63,925 nt of DNA from Octopus bimaculoides (Eukaryota), in the NCBI RefSeq assembly GCF_001194135.2, contig NC_068984.1, positions 17,608,754 through 17,672,678 of the forward strand, in the 5' to 3' direction. The stretch's first letter is position 1. The number at the start of each line of letters is the position of its first letter. The position numbers and the translations under genes are program-made. The notes under the pieces are model-generated. The model made no database searches, had not been told where the DNA came from, and saw only the letters and a list, made by a program, of their open reading frames with translations. Positions 23,630 through 34,620 of the stretch are shown one piece after another.

Positions 23630-23832
23630 TGTGTGTAACTACATGTCGATTGTTGGTGATTTTTTTCCTTTGTCTTCCTTTTCTCTTAGACTTTTCTCTG
23701 TCTCCTGTTCCTGAAGAAGAGCTTTGCTCAAAACATAAAACCACCTTTCTTTCCTTCCTTGAGTGTCTGTTAATACTTTGCTTGTACCACGTCCTGACAC
23801 TGTTGTTTTTTCTTGTTTTTTTTCAATTAAGT
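23630..23832 (+). mobile_element. Penelope-like pLTR relic with hammerhead relic at 23707-23741
   Basis: GTTC-CTGAAGA-AGAGC-ttt-GCTC-AAAAC-ATA-AAAC (core CTGANGA intact; G12 and G16.2 changed to A). Confidence 0.55.
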
Positions 23833-24160
23833 NNNNNNNNNNNNNNNNNNNNNNNNNNNNNNNNNNNNNNNNNNNNNNNNNNNNNNNNNNNNNNNNNNNN
23901 NNNNNNNNNNNNNNNNNNNNNNNNNNNNNNNNNNNNNNNNNNNNNNNNNNNNNNNNNNNNNNNNNNNNNNNNNNNNNNNNNNNNNNNNNNNNNNNNNNNN
24001 NNNNNNNNNNNNNNNNNNNNNNNNNNNNNNNNNNNNNNNNNNNNNNNNNNNNNNNNNNNNNNNNNNNNNNNNNNNNNNNNNNNNNNNNNNNNNNNNNNNN
24101 NNNNNNNNNNNNNNNNNNNNNNNNNNNNNNNNNNNNNNNNNNGTGTGTTTGTGTGTGTGT

Positions 24161-24385
24161 CGCCAAGGTCAGCAGCTATCGGGCGCCGACGAAGGGAAAT
24201 AACCCTGAAATCCGGATACGTTCGTGCTGCAGATCGAGGTGAGAGGGATAACTTCCCTTGGCAAACAGGACACAGTCGTGTGTCGATAAGCCAGCTGGAG
24301 GAGATGTCCTCCTGGGGCTAAAAGCAACAGTAACATCCACCCCTAGGGGTCAGCCACACTTAAGTGGCAATATACTACACTTTAT
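24161..24385 (+). mobile_element. GC-rich multi-hairpin element carrying the hammerhead (retrozyme-like, unclassified)
   Basis: Sharp GC/CpG island between a gap/(GT)n and (TA)n; hairpins GGGA/TCCC, GACAC/GTGTC, GGAGGA/TCCTCC, CCCCTAGGGG, GCCAC/GTGGC. Confidence 0.5.
24167..24235 (+). ncRNA. Type I hammerhead ribozyme with extended bulged stem I (U4C core variant)
   Basis: GGTC-A-GCAGC-TAT-CGGGCG-[CCGACGA]-AGGG-aaataa-CCCT-[GAA]-ATCCGGAT-A-CGTTCG-T-GCTGC-A-GATC; all three stems pair; predicted cleavage after A24218. Confidence 0.7.
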
Positions 24386-24431
24386 CGTGCAGTTACTGTT
24401 AATACTTCATTTAGAGAATTAACATTGCTTA

Positions 24432-24481
<50 letters not shown>

Positions 24482-25104
24482 AACTTACTGTTAACAAAAG
24501 TCGGGATGTGTGGCATTCACTTATTCCATAAATGAAAAATGCATTAAATACTTCAAAATGTACACGTCGGACAGACAGAGAAGGATCCTGATACTTCATC
24601 AGTTATCGATTAAAAACACTAATACTCAGTTTTGTGCCTTTAACAATAAGACTGGGAACTTCGTATATCGGCAGTACCTGCAAGATTTGCATAGAATTAG
24701 GGCCTGAGCAAACACAGCAATACAAGATGGTTGTACAAAAGTAAACAAAGGTAATTTGAAATGATAGACACAGACAATAAATAACACCTTTTGGCCGAAC
24801 ACGAGAATGATGGAGTAACGCTTGGAAGTAATCCTCAAATGGATATAAAAACAGAATCATTAAGAGAGGAGAAAAAGTTGACCAACATACTAGTTGTCTA
24901 GTAGCAAAAAGGAAGAATATATATAATATATGTGAATTGTATAATGGCGGTTCTCCTCTAAATTGTATTTATATACATATATTATATATGTTGAAATTTA
25001 ATTTAGTATTACTAAAGTGAATATTGCTGTACGTTTGGAATTATATATTCCCTAATATTATTATAATATTATTCAAATTATTATACATATATACATATAC
25101 ACAC

Positions 25105-25215
25105 AATAAGCTTCTTTCAGTTTCCATCTACCAAATCCACTCACAAGGCTTTGATTGAACCAAGACTATAGTAGAAAACTCTTATGAGTGGAGTTGGTAG
25201 ATGGAAACTAACTAT
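25105..25215. mobile_element. Family C 3' fragment with an inverted (foldback) duplication
   Basis: Arms 25119-25147 and 25181-25209, 27/29 complementary. Confidence 0.75.
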
Positions 25216-26164
25216 ATATATATATAAATGGAAACTAACAATATATATATATATATATATGCTGTAAAGCTAAATGCTTTATGGACATAAAACCTAGAGT
25301 AATCCTATAGACTGGCCATATCTATCTTTATATATATATATATATATATTAATAATACTAAAACTCTAGCGATGTTTGTTTGTACCTGAAATATCTCAGA
25401 AATAGTATATTTTATCTTAATTTTTTTGCATATTTATTTTCATACTTACCTTCGGCAGTGCAGTACAAATTTTTGTGACATCTGGACCTCTGTTTATTAA
25501 TGAAAGTGAGTAAACACAATTTTTCTGTTTACTCATATCAACACACATACAGAATACAAACACATATAATGAATGTCATGGTGTGTCGATCAGCACAAAC
25601 ACACGTCCACTATCTGTGACATATACACACACATAGACTTCGCACTCTCTAAGAAAAAAAACATTGACTTTTTGGTGTACACAATATTTTAATCATTTAG
25701 AAATATTTTTTACTGAATGTGATTTCAAAAATGTAAGTTGTTTGTACAGTAGGTATTTATATTTTAGTTTTCTTTAAACAGACCATATTTTAATGTGTTT
25801 TTTTTAATTATTTTTAAGTTGTTAATTTCTGTAAAAAATTTTAATTTATTTACTTTCCTTTTTAGTGAAAGAGAGGAGAAAGAGAAAGATATATGTATGC
25901 ATATATGAAATAGACGTGTGTGTGAAAGAGAGAGAGAGAAAGTGAGGGAGAGAGAGAGAGAAAGAAAGAGAGAGAGAAAGAAAGAGAGAGAGGAAGAGAG
26001 AGAGTGAGTGAAGAGATATGTTGTCATGTATACGTACATACATCAATACAAATGCGTACGTCTTTTTTGTATGTAAGTGTGCATGTGAGAGAGAAAGAGA
26101 GAGAGAGAGTGAGTGAGTGAGTGAGTGAGTGAATGTGTGTGTTCTCATGTATGTGTAAGTGGCA

Positions 26165-26195
<31 letters not shown>

Positions 26196-26612
26196 TCACA
26201 CACATCCATTTCATATACACATTCACACATCTTTCACTTACTCCTCTCTTTCACCCTAAAACAAAAGTGAATAAATAAAAATTTTTACAGAAATTAATGA
26301 AGAAAACCAGCTGACCGGATGACAGTTCTGAGAGCCAAAGCGAAAGATCACCTCAATGGAATATAATTACAACAAATTTTTTTGAGTGCATTCAATGTAT
26401 CTCAGCTTCAAAGATTTGGCTGCTATTTCTAGCACGCCCTGCTACCACATGCACTCAAACACACACATACACACAGAGACACAGACACACACAAACACAC
26501 AGACACGCAAACACACACATACACACACACACAATTCTGGACAACTAAACTGAAACTATTTTCAAATGTTATATATCTAAATAAGTATCGTAAATCGAGA
26601 AGCTTTACTTGT

Positions 26613-26790
26613 TTGCAGTCATTTGACTGTGGCCATGCTGGAGTACCCCTTTGGAAAAAATTTTAGTTGGAAAAATCCATGCTAGTACTTATTCTATCAG
26701 TTCCTTTTGCTGAACTGCTATGTTACAGAGACACGAGTACACCGACGTCAGTTGTCAAACAATAGCGAAGGACAAACATTGACACAAAGC
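26613..26790 (-). mobile_element. Family D, diverged, followed by long (CA)n (26790-27250)
   Basis: CAGTCATTTGACTGTGGCCATGCTGGAGTACC...TTTTGCTGAACTGCTATGTTAC. Confidence 0.7.
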
Positions 26791-26804
26791 ACAAGATATA
26801 CTTG

Positions 26805-26908
<104 letters not shown>

Positions 26909-27786
26909 CACACACAAACACACACACACATACACACACATATACACATATGCACACACAAACACACATGCATACACACAAACACACTCACACACATACA
27001 CACACACATACACACACATACACACAGAGACACACACACATACACACACAAACACACACACACATACACACATGCACAAACACACACACACATACACACA
27101 CACTCACACACATACACACACATACACACACACACACGCAAACACACACACATACACACGTACACAAACACACACACACACACACATACACACACACAAA
27201 CACACACACACATAGACACAAATACACACACACACACACACACACACGCATATATCGTTTGTAAAGAACATAAATCTGAAAGAAGAAGCACACTCTAAGA
27301 TGTAGAGCAGCTTATCTTAANNNNNNNNNNNNNNNNNNNNNNNNNNNNNNNNNNNNNNNNNNNNNNNNNNNNNNNNNNNNNNNNNNNNNNNNNNNNNNNN
27401 NNNNNNNNNNNNNNNNNNNNNNNNNNNNNNNNNNNNNNNNNNNNNNNNNNNNNNNNNNNNNNNNNNNNNNNNNNNNNNNNNNNNNNNNNNNNNNNNNNNN
27501 NNNNNNNNNNNNNNNNNNNNNNNNNNNNNNNNNNNNNNNNNNNNNNNNNNNNNNNNNNNNNNNNNNNNNNNNNNNNNNNNNNNNNNNNNNNNNNNNNNNN
27601 NNNNNNNNNNNNNNNNNNNNNNNNNNNNNNNNNNNNNNNNNNNNNNNNNNNNNNNNNNNNNNNNNNNNNNNNNNNNNNNNNNNNNNNNNNNNNNNNNNNN
27701 NNNNNNNNNNNNNNNNNNNNNNNNNNNNNNNNNNNNNNNNNNNNNNNNNNNNNNNNNNNNNNNNNNNNNNNNNNNNNNNNNNNNNN

Positions 27787-28235
27787 GTTGTATCATCATC
27801 ATCATTTAGCGTCCGCTTTCCATGCTAGCATGAGTTGGACGATTTGATTGAGGACTGGTGGAACCCGAAGGCTACACCGGGCTCCAATCTGATTTGGCAG
27901 AGTTTCTACAGCTGGATGCCCTTCCTAACACCAACCACTCCGAGAGTGTAGTAGGTGCTTTTATGTGTCACTGGCACGAAGGCCAGTCAGGCGGTACTAG
28001 CAACGGCCACACTCAAAATGGTGTATTTTATGTGCCACCCGCACAAGAGCCAGTCCAGGGGCACTGGCAACGATCTCGCTCGAAAGTCCTTACACATGCT
28101 GCAGGCACAAGTGCCAGAAAGGCGACGCTGGGCACAGATGCCATCCCGATTTTGCTTTCGCTTGCCCCAATAAGTCTTCGCAAACTGAGTTTCGTGTCCA
28201 ATGAAAGAGATGACGTTGGCATGGATGCCATTGTC
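27787..28235 (-). mobile_element. Family A long copy
   Basis: Tail, 3'UTR, minisatellite and further upstream 3'UTR sequence. Confidence 0.9.
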
Positions 28236-28392
28236 TCCCCAACATCGCTTGACTGTGTTTACATTCCTGTAACTTAGAATAAGTACTAGGCTTACAAAGA
28301 ATAAATCCTGAGGTCGATTTGCTCGACTAAAGGTGGTGCTCCAGCATTGCCACAGTCAAATGACTGAAACAAGTAAAAGAGTAAAGAGTATA
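28236..28392 (+). mobile_element. Family D 3' part with (AGTAAAAG)-type tail
   Basis: ATAAGTACTAGGCTTACAAAGAATAA...GTCAAATGACTGAAACAAGTAAAAGAGTAAAGAGTA; matches 45227-45372. Confidence 0.8.
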
Positions 28393-29274
28393 CAGTACAG
28401 TGTATTTTCCCCTGTCATGGTGGAGTTTTGAAATGTAACTCCCAGAATAATCAAGGGATTACTGTAACAATAAAATCAACGAAACAGAAGGTTTATATTA
28501 CAGTATCCTGTGATGTGGTGGCATTAATGACAAACAGGTAGGCTGTAGTTGTAAATGTTGTTAACCCTAGATCAACCCTGAAAAAGTAGAACTATGATTA
28601 GTCATTCCAGCCATGACTATCTCAACATTTTTATTCAGATGTTGCGTACCTAGAACTTACATCATCAAATATGTCCTTCTTTTCTAAGATGGTAAAGAGC
28701 AACTGGAGGAAGATTTGTTTACTATTTCTGGCACATCATAGAACCATATGAAGCTCACTTTCTCTCTCCTTTTCTCTATCTCTCTCCCTCTTTTTTCTCC
28801 CTCTTTCTCTCCCTCTTTTTCTCTTTCAATCTCCTTTCATTCTCTCTCTCCCCCCACAGTGGTTACAATAGATTACATAGATGTGAAATCTGCCGTTGGG
28901 CTTCAGAAATTGGTGGAATCTTAAAGACACTTGGCAAGCAATGGCAGATAAGTGAAAATAATATGTTGTCTATTTTTATGATAACAAATTCTTCCTACCA
29001 CTTCTAATTGGGTGTCAAATATATTGTAAAATTGTTTGCATTTATTGTATTGTCATCTCATACAACCTCGGATAATACCATTTCATTGTCCAAGAGGATG
29101 GAAGTGTTGCTAAAGATGGATTTACAGCAGCAACAAGAAATGGTCTAAATGAATTTGGCAATGATTGATTTAGCTAAAGAGTTATAGGAATCTGGAGATG
29201 GGTTTCCTTGAATCGAAACCCATCTTAAACCATAAATGTTCTGTTGAGTAATCTAGAACATGGTAGTTGCAACT

Positions 29275-30030
29275 GCAGAAATCCCAATCCGGTCAGTCTG
29301 GATGTTTTATTACACACACAAACACACATAATACACACATATATGCACACACACATACACACATATTACACACATATATGCACACATACATACACACATA
29401 ATACACACATAAATGCACACATACATACACACATACTACACACATATATGCACATACACATACACACATATTACACGCATATATGTACACATGCATACAC
29501 ACATATTACACACATATATGCACACACACATACACACATACTACACATATATATGCACACACACATACACACATATATGCACACATGCATACACACATAT
29601 ATGCGCACACACATACACACATATTACACACATATACGCACATACACATACACACATATATGAACACACACATACAGATATATGCACACATGCATATGCA
29701 TGTATGCATACTCGCACACATGTGCTCATGTGTGCATGCACACACAAACAAACACACACACATACACATACATATACACACACACACACGTGCGCTTGCA
29801 CACACTTGTGCACAGCGTTCTCAATCCAGTAAGTCTGGATGTTTTATTATATACATTTCTTGCACACACACCCATGCATACTCACACACACATGTGCTCA
29901 TGTATGCATGTGCATGCCACACACGTACACACAAATACAAAGACACACTCATGTGTACGCATCTGCAGAGAAATCCCAACCCAGAAAGCCTTGATGCTTT
30001 ATTACACCCATTTCTATACACACACGTACG

Positions 30031-30120
<90 letters not shown>

Positions 30121-30340
30121 CACGCATGCTCAATCACAAATATGTGTGCATGCACCCACACACAAACTTTGAGACACCCACACACACAAACATGCACACA
30201 CACACACACATGCACAGAAATCTCAATCCAGTAAGTTCTGATGTTTTATTCCACATATGTATGCACACAAACACATGCAGACATGCATGCACACACACAC
30301 ACAAACACCGAGATACACACATGCACACCTATGTGCACAC
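29275..30340 (+). repeat. Higher-order array: ~35-nt motif AATCYCAATCCAGTAAGTCTGGATGTTTTATT x4 separated by degenerate (CA)n tracts
   Basis: Motif at 29275-29311, 29819-29848, 29965-30003, 30214-30250. Confidence 0.85.
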
Positions 30341-30469
30341 ATGGGCAGCTGACTTGAGGCTATTTGTGTTGAGATGTTTCAGAACTTGAAAGAAGCATAA
30401 CACTTTGCATGTTTATCTTTCATAAGAGAAGGAAAAATACTGCTCAAAATGTTTGCCATCAACAATCAT

Positions 30470-30879
30470 AATCTTTTCTGCTCTAGGCACAAGGCTCTAA
30501 AATTTGGGGAGGCGGCCAGTCGATCAGATCGACCCCAGTATGTAACTGGTACTTAATTTATAGACCGCAAAAGGATGAAAGGCAAAGTCAACCTCAGTGG
30601 AATTTGAACTCAGAACGTAAAGACGATTCTGCCAGCTCGCCGCCTTAATAATAATAATGATCTTTCCTACTCCAGGCACAAGGCCCGAAATTTTTGGGGA
30701 GGAGGTCAGTCGATTAAATCGACCCCAGTATGTAACTGGTACTTAATTTATCGACCCTGAAAGGTTGAAAGGCAAAGAATGTAAAGACAGACAAAATACT
30801 GCTAAGCGTTTCACCTATTGTGCTAACGTTTCTTTTCTTCTCTAGGCACAAAGCCTGAAATTTTGGGGGAGTGGGCCAG
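30470..30879 (-). mobile_element. Head-to-tail array of three family B2 SINE monomers
   Basis: CTAGGCACAAGG-type tail recurs at about 30483, 30675 and 30842. Confidence 0.85.
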
Positions 30880-31086
30880 CTTGGCAGCCCTGGTCAAACT
30901 GTCCAACCCATGCTAGCATGGACAACAGACGTTAAATGATGATGATAATGATGATGATATATATATGTGTATATATATCTCACGGTGGTGCATCAGCATG
31001 GCCGCAGCTCTAAGCTGAAACATTGAAAAAAAAAAAATAAATAAATAAATATATATATATATATATATAGGCCTTCAAACATTGGG

Positions 31087-31612
31087 CCTCACCGAGGCGA
31101 TGACTTCTGACCGAGACCTTTGGAAATATGCTGTGCGTGAGAAGACCCGGCAAGCCAAGTGAGACCTAAATCCANNNNNNNNNNNNNNNNNNNNNNNNNN
31201 NNNNNNNNNNNNNNNNNNNNNNNNNNNNNNNNNNNNNNNNNNNNNNNNNNNNNNNNNNNNNNNNNNNNNNNNNNNNNNNNNNNNNNNNNGCCCAGCGTTG
31301 CCTTTCTGGCACTTGTGCCCACAGCATGTGTAAGAGCGAGATCATTGCCAGTGCCCCTGGACTGGCTCTTGTGCGGGTTGCACATAAAATACACCGTTGC
31401 CAGTATCGCCTTACTGGCCTTTGTGCGGGTGACACGTAAAAGCACCTACTACACTCTCGGAGTGGTTGGCGTTAGGAAGGGCATCCAGCTGTAGAAACTC
31501 TGCCAAATCCGATTGGAGCCTGGTGTAGCCTTCGGGTTCCACCAGTCCTCAGTCAAATCGTCCAACCCATGCTAGCATGGAAAGCGGACGTTAAACGATG
31601 ATGATGATGATG
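31087..31612 (+). mobile_element. Family A copy retaining the LINE ORF C-terminus
   Basis: Frame reads GLTEAMTSDRDLWKYAVREKTRQAK* (stop ~31159-31161), then gap, minisatellite, 3'UTR, (TGA)n. RTE affinity inferred from the tail type. Confidence 0.8.
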
Positions 31613-31639
31613 ATAGATAGATAGATAGATAGATAGATA

Positions 31640-31806
31640 TAGTGGTATTTTGTCTGCCTTTATGTTCAGAGTTCAAATTCTGCCGAGGTCGACTTTGCCT
31701 TTCATCCTGTCGGGGTCAATAAATGAAGTACTAGTTGCATATTAGGGTCAATCTAATTGACTGGCCCTCTCCCCCAAAATTTTGGGCTCTTTGTGCCAAC
31801 AGTAGA

Positions 31807-31812
<6 letters not shown>
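31640..31812 (+). mobile_element. SINE family B2, 5'-truncated
   Basis: GAGTTCAAATTCTGCCGAGGTCGACTTTGCCTTTCATCC...AGTAGAAAGG. Confidence 0.85.
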
Positions 31813-31842
<30 letters not shown>

Positions 31843-31887
31843 NNNNNNNNNNTATACACATGTGTATGTGTGTGTGTATGTATATAC

Positions 31888-31924
<37 letters not shown>

Positions 31925-32319
31925 GGAGTAAGTTACTCTTTAATATTTGGTTTTTGAATTTCTCCTAATTAGGAAAACCTATGAATAATCTCCTTTATTA
32001 AAGTAGTGAAGCTATCTTAATTGTTCCATATTTTTAAGCTGTTTGTATTCACAAATAAGAATGAGAAAAACAAAAAAAGGTAAAAGCTTTAGATATATTT
32101 GAATAACCATTAATAGTGCTAGAGATGAAAAACAAGGGGAAATACTGATGGAAACAATTTTTTTAAAAGTAAATGAAGAAAACTATTAGAGTAATTAATG
32201 TATGATATTAACATTTAAGAATATAATGTATAATGATATATGGATTATATATGTGTTTTAATATATATATTAAAGAATATCTATTCAGACAATATATATT
32301 GAAATACACAATTTATATA

Positions 32320-32545
32320 TTTCTTTATTGCCCACAGGGGGCTAAACATAGAGGGGACAAACNNNNNNNNNNNNNNNNNNNNNNNNNNNNNNNNNNNNNN
32401 NNNNNNNNNNNNNNNNNNNNNNNNNNNNNNNNNNNNNNNNNNNNNNNNNNNNNNNNNNNNNNCATAGAGGGGACAAACAAGGACAGACAAGGGGATTAAG
32501 TCGATTACATCACCCCCAGTGATTAACTGGTACTTATTTAATCTA
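32320..32545 (-). mobile_element. SINE family B1 fragments across a gap
   Basis: TTCTTTATTGCCCACAGGGGGCTAAACATAGAGGGGACAAAC; repeated after the gap. Confidence 0.75.
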
Positions 32546-32559
32546 CGCCGTATTTTAAT

Positions 32560-32850
32560 CATCATTATCATTTAATATACTTTTTCCCTGATGGTTGGGA
32601 TTAGGAGCTGGCAAGCCAGAACACTGTACCAGGCTCCAATTGTCTGTTTTGGTATGGTTTCTATAGCTGGATGCTCTTCCTAAAGCCAACCACTTTAACA
32701 AGTGTGCTGGGTGCTTTCTTTGTGGCACCAGAATGGGTGCTTATCACATGGTGCCGCCACAGGTGCCTTTTTTTATGTGGCATCAGCATGGTTGCTTTTT
32801 ATGTGGCACTGGCACCAGTGTTTTGTACGAGGTGCTGGCATGGGTGCTTC
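32560..32850 (-). mobile_element. Family A, old diverged copy
   Basis: CCAGGCTCCAATTGTCTGTTTTGG...CTGGATGCTCTTCCTAAAGCCAACCAC. Confidence 0.7.
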
Positions 32851-32860
32851 ATATGTGGTG

Positions 32861-33283
32861 CTAAATTTTGGCTCAAAGCCACCAATTTCAGGGGAGGGGA
32901 TAAGTTGATTATATCTACCCCAGTGTTCAACTGGTACTTATTTCATCGACCCCGAAAGGATGAAAGGCAAAGTAAACCTCAGCTGAATTTGAACCTAGAC
33001 AGTAAAAACACTACTAAGCATTTTGCCTGGTGTACTAACAATTCTCCTTTCTACTCAAGGCACAAGGCCTGAAATTTGGGGGGAGGGGGGCTGTTGATTA
33101 CATTGACCCCAGTACGAAACTGGTACTTAATTTATCGTCTCCAAAAAGATGAAAGGCAAAGTTGACCTTGGTGGAATTTGAACTCAGAACGTAAAGACAA
33201 ATGAAATACTGCTAAGCATTTCGCCCGGCGTACTAACATTTGTGCCAGCTCGGTGCCTTAAATATTCTTTTCTTGGCACAAGG
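32861..33283 (-). mobile_element. Head-to-tail array of family B SINE monomers (3, the last entering a gap)
   Basis: Central domain repeated at about 32930-32995 and 33115-33185. Confidence 0.85.
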
Positions 33284-33730
33284 NNNNNNNNNNNNNNNNN
33301 NNNNNNNNNNNNNNNNNNNNNNNNNNNNNNNNNNNNNNNNNNNNNNNNNNNNNNNNNNNNNNNNNNNNNNNNNNNNNNNNNNNNNNNNNNNNNNNNNNNN
33401 NNNNNNNNNNNNNNNNNNNNNNNNNNNNNNNNNNNNNNNNNNNNNNNNNNNNNNNNNNNNNNNNNNNNNNNNNNNNNNNNNNNNNNNNNNNNNNNNNNNN
33501 NNNNNNNNNNNNNNNNNNNNNNNNNNNNNNNNNNNNNNNNNNNNNNNNNNNNNNNNNNNNNNNNNNNNNNNNNNNNNNNNNNNNNNNNNNNNNNNNNNNN
33601 NNNNNNNNNNNNNNNNNNNNNNNNNNNNNNNNNNNNNNNNNNNNNNNNNNNNNNNNNNNNNNNNNNNNNNNNNNNNNNNNNNNNNNNNNNNNNNNNNNNN
33701 NNNNNNNNNNNNNNNNNNNNNNNNNNNNNN

Positions 33731-33769
<39 letters not shown>

Positions 33770-33775
33770 TATATA

Positions 33776-33935
33776 CGACGGGCTTCTTTCAGTTTCCATC
33801 TACCAAATCCACTCACAAGTCTTTGGTCAGCCTGAGGCTATAGCAGAAAACCCTTGCTCAAGGTGCCACGCAGTGAGACTGAACCCAGAACCATGTGGTT
33901 GGTAAGCAAGCTACTTACCACACAGCCACTCCTAT
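33776..33935 (-). mobile_element. SINE family C
   Basis: CGACGGGCTTCTTTCAGTTTCCATCTACCAAATCCACTCACAAG...CAAGGTGCCACGCAGTG...CTTACCACACAGCCAC. Confidence 0.9.
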
Positions 33936-34019
33936 GCCCATATAATTTTATTTGTTTCTTTTTTACTTATTTACATACATATATACATATATATTCTTTT
34001 ATTCTTTTTCTCTTTTTCT

Positions 34020-34215
34020 TTTTTCAGTCATTTGACTGCAGCCATGCTGGAGCACCGCCTTAAAGAGTTTTAGTCAAAGAAATCAACCCTAGGACTTATT
34101 CCTTGTAAGCTTAGTACTTATTCTATTGGTTTCTTTTGCTGTACCGCTAAGTTACAGGGGCATAAACACACCAGCATCAGCGGTCAAGCAATGGCGAGGG
34201 GACAAACACAGGCAC
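34020..34215 (-). mobile_element. Family D
   Basis: CAGTCATTTGACTGCAGCCATGCTGGAGCACCGCC...CCGCTAAGTTACAGGGGC. Confidence 0.85.
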
Positions 34216-34229
34216 ACACATATAAACAC

Positions 34230-34455
34230 ATGGTCGATGTCAGTGCTGCCTAACTGGCCCCCGTGCCAGTGGAATCTCATTAGCACCCACTACACTCTTG
34301 GAGTGGTTGGCATTAGGAAGGGCATCCAGCTGTAGAAACCTTGCCAGATCAGATTGGCGCCTGGTGCAACCACCTGGCTTGCCAGTCCTCAGTCAAACCG
34401 TCCAACCCATGCCAGCATGGAAAGCGGACGCGAAAAGATGATGATGATGACGATG
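34230..34455 (+). mobile_element. Family A copy
   Basis: 3'UTR consensus plus (TGA)n. Confidence 0.85.
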
Positions 34456-34464
34456 ATATACAAT

Positions 34465-34620
34465 AGGCTTCTTTCAGTTTCCATCTACCAAATCCACTCA
34501 CAAGGCATTGGTTAGTCCAAAGCTATAATAGAACACACTTGCCAATGGTGCCACACAGTGGGACTGAACCCAGATCTATGTGGCTAAGAAGTAAGCTTCT
34601 TACCACACAGCCATGCCTAC
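34465..34620 (-). mobile_element. SINE family C
   Basis: Same consensus as 33776-33935. Confidence 0.85.

Noticed and set aside
29275-30340. CRISPR-like appearance of the motif-spacer array
   Set aside because: Eukaryotic context, spacers are microsatellites of very unequal length, no cas genes.
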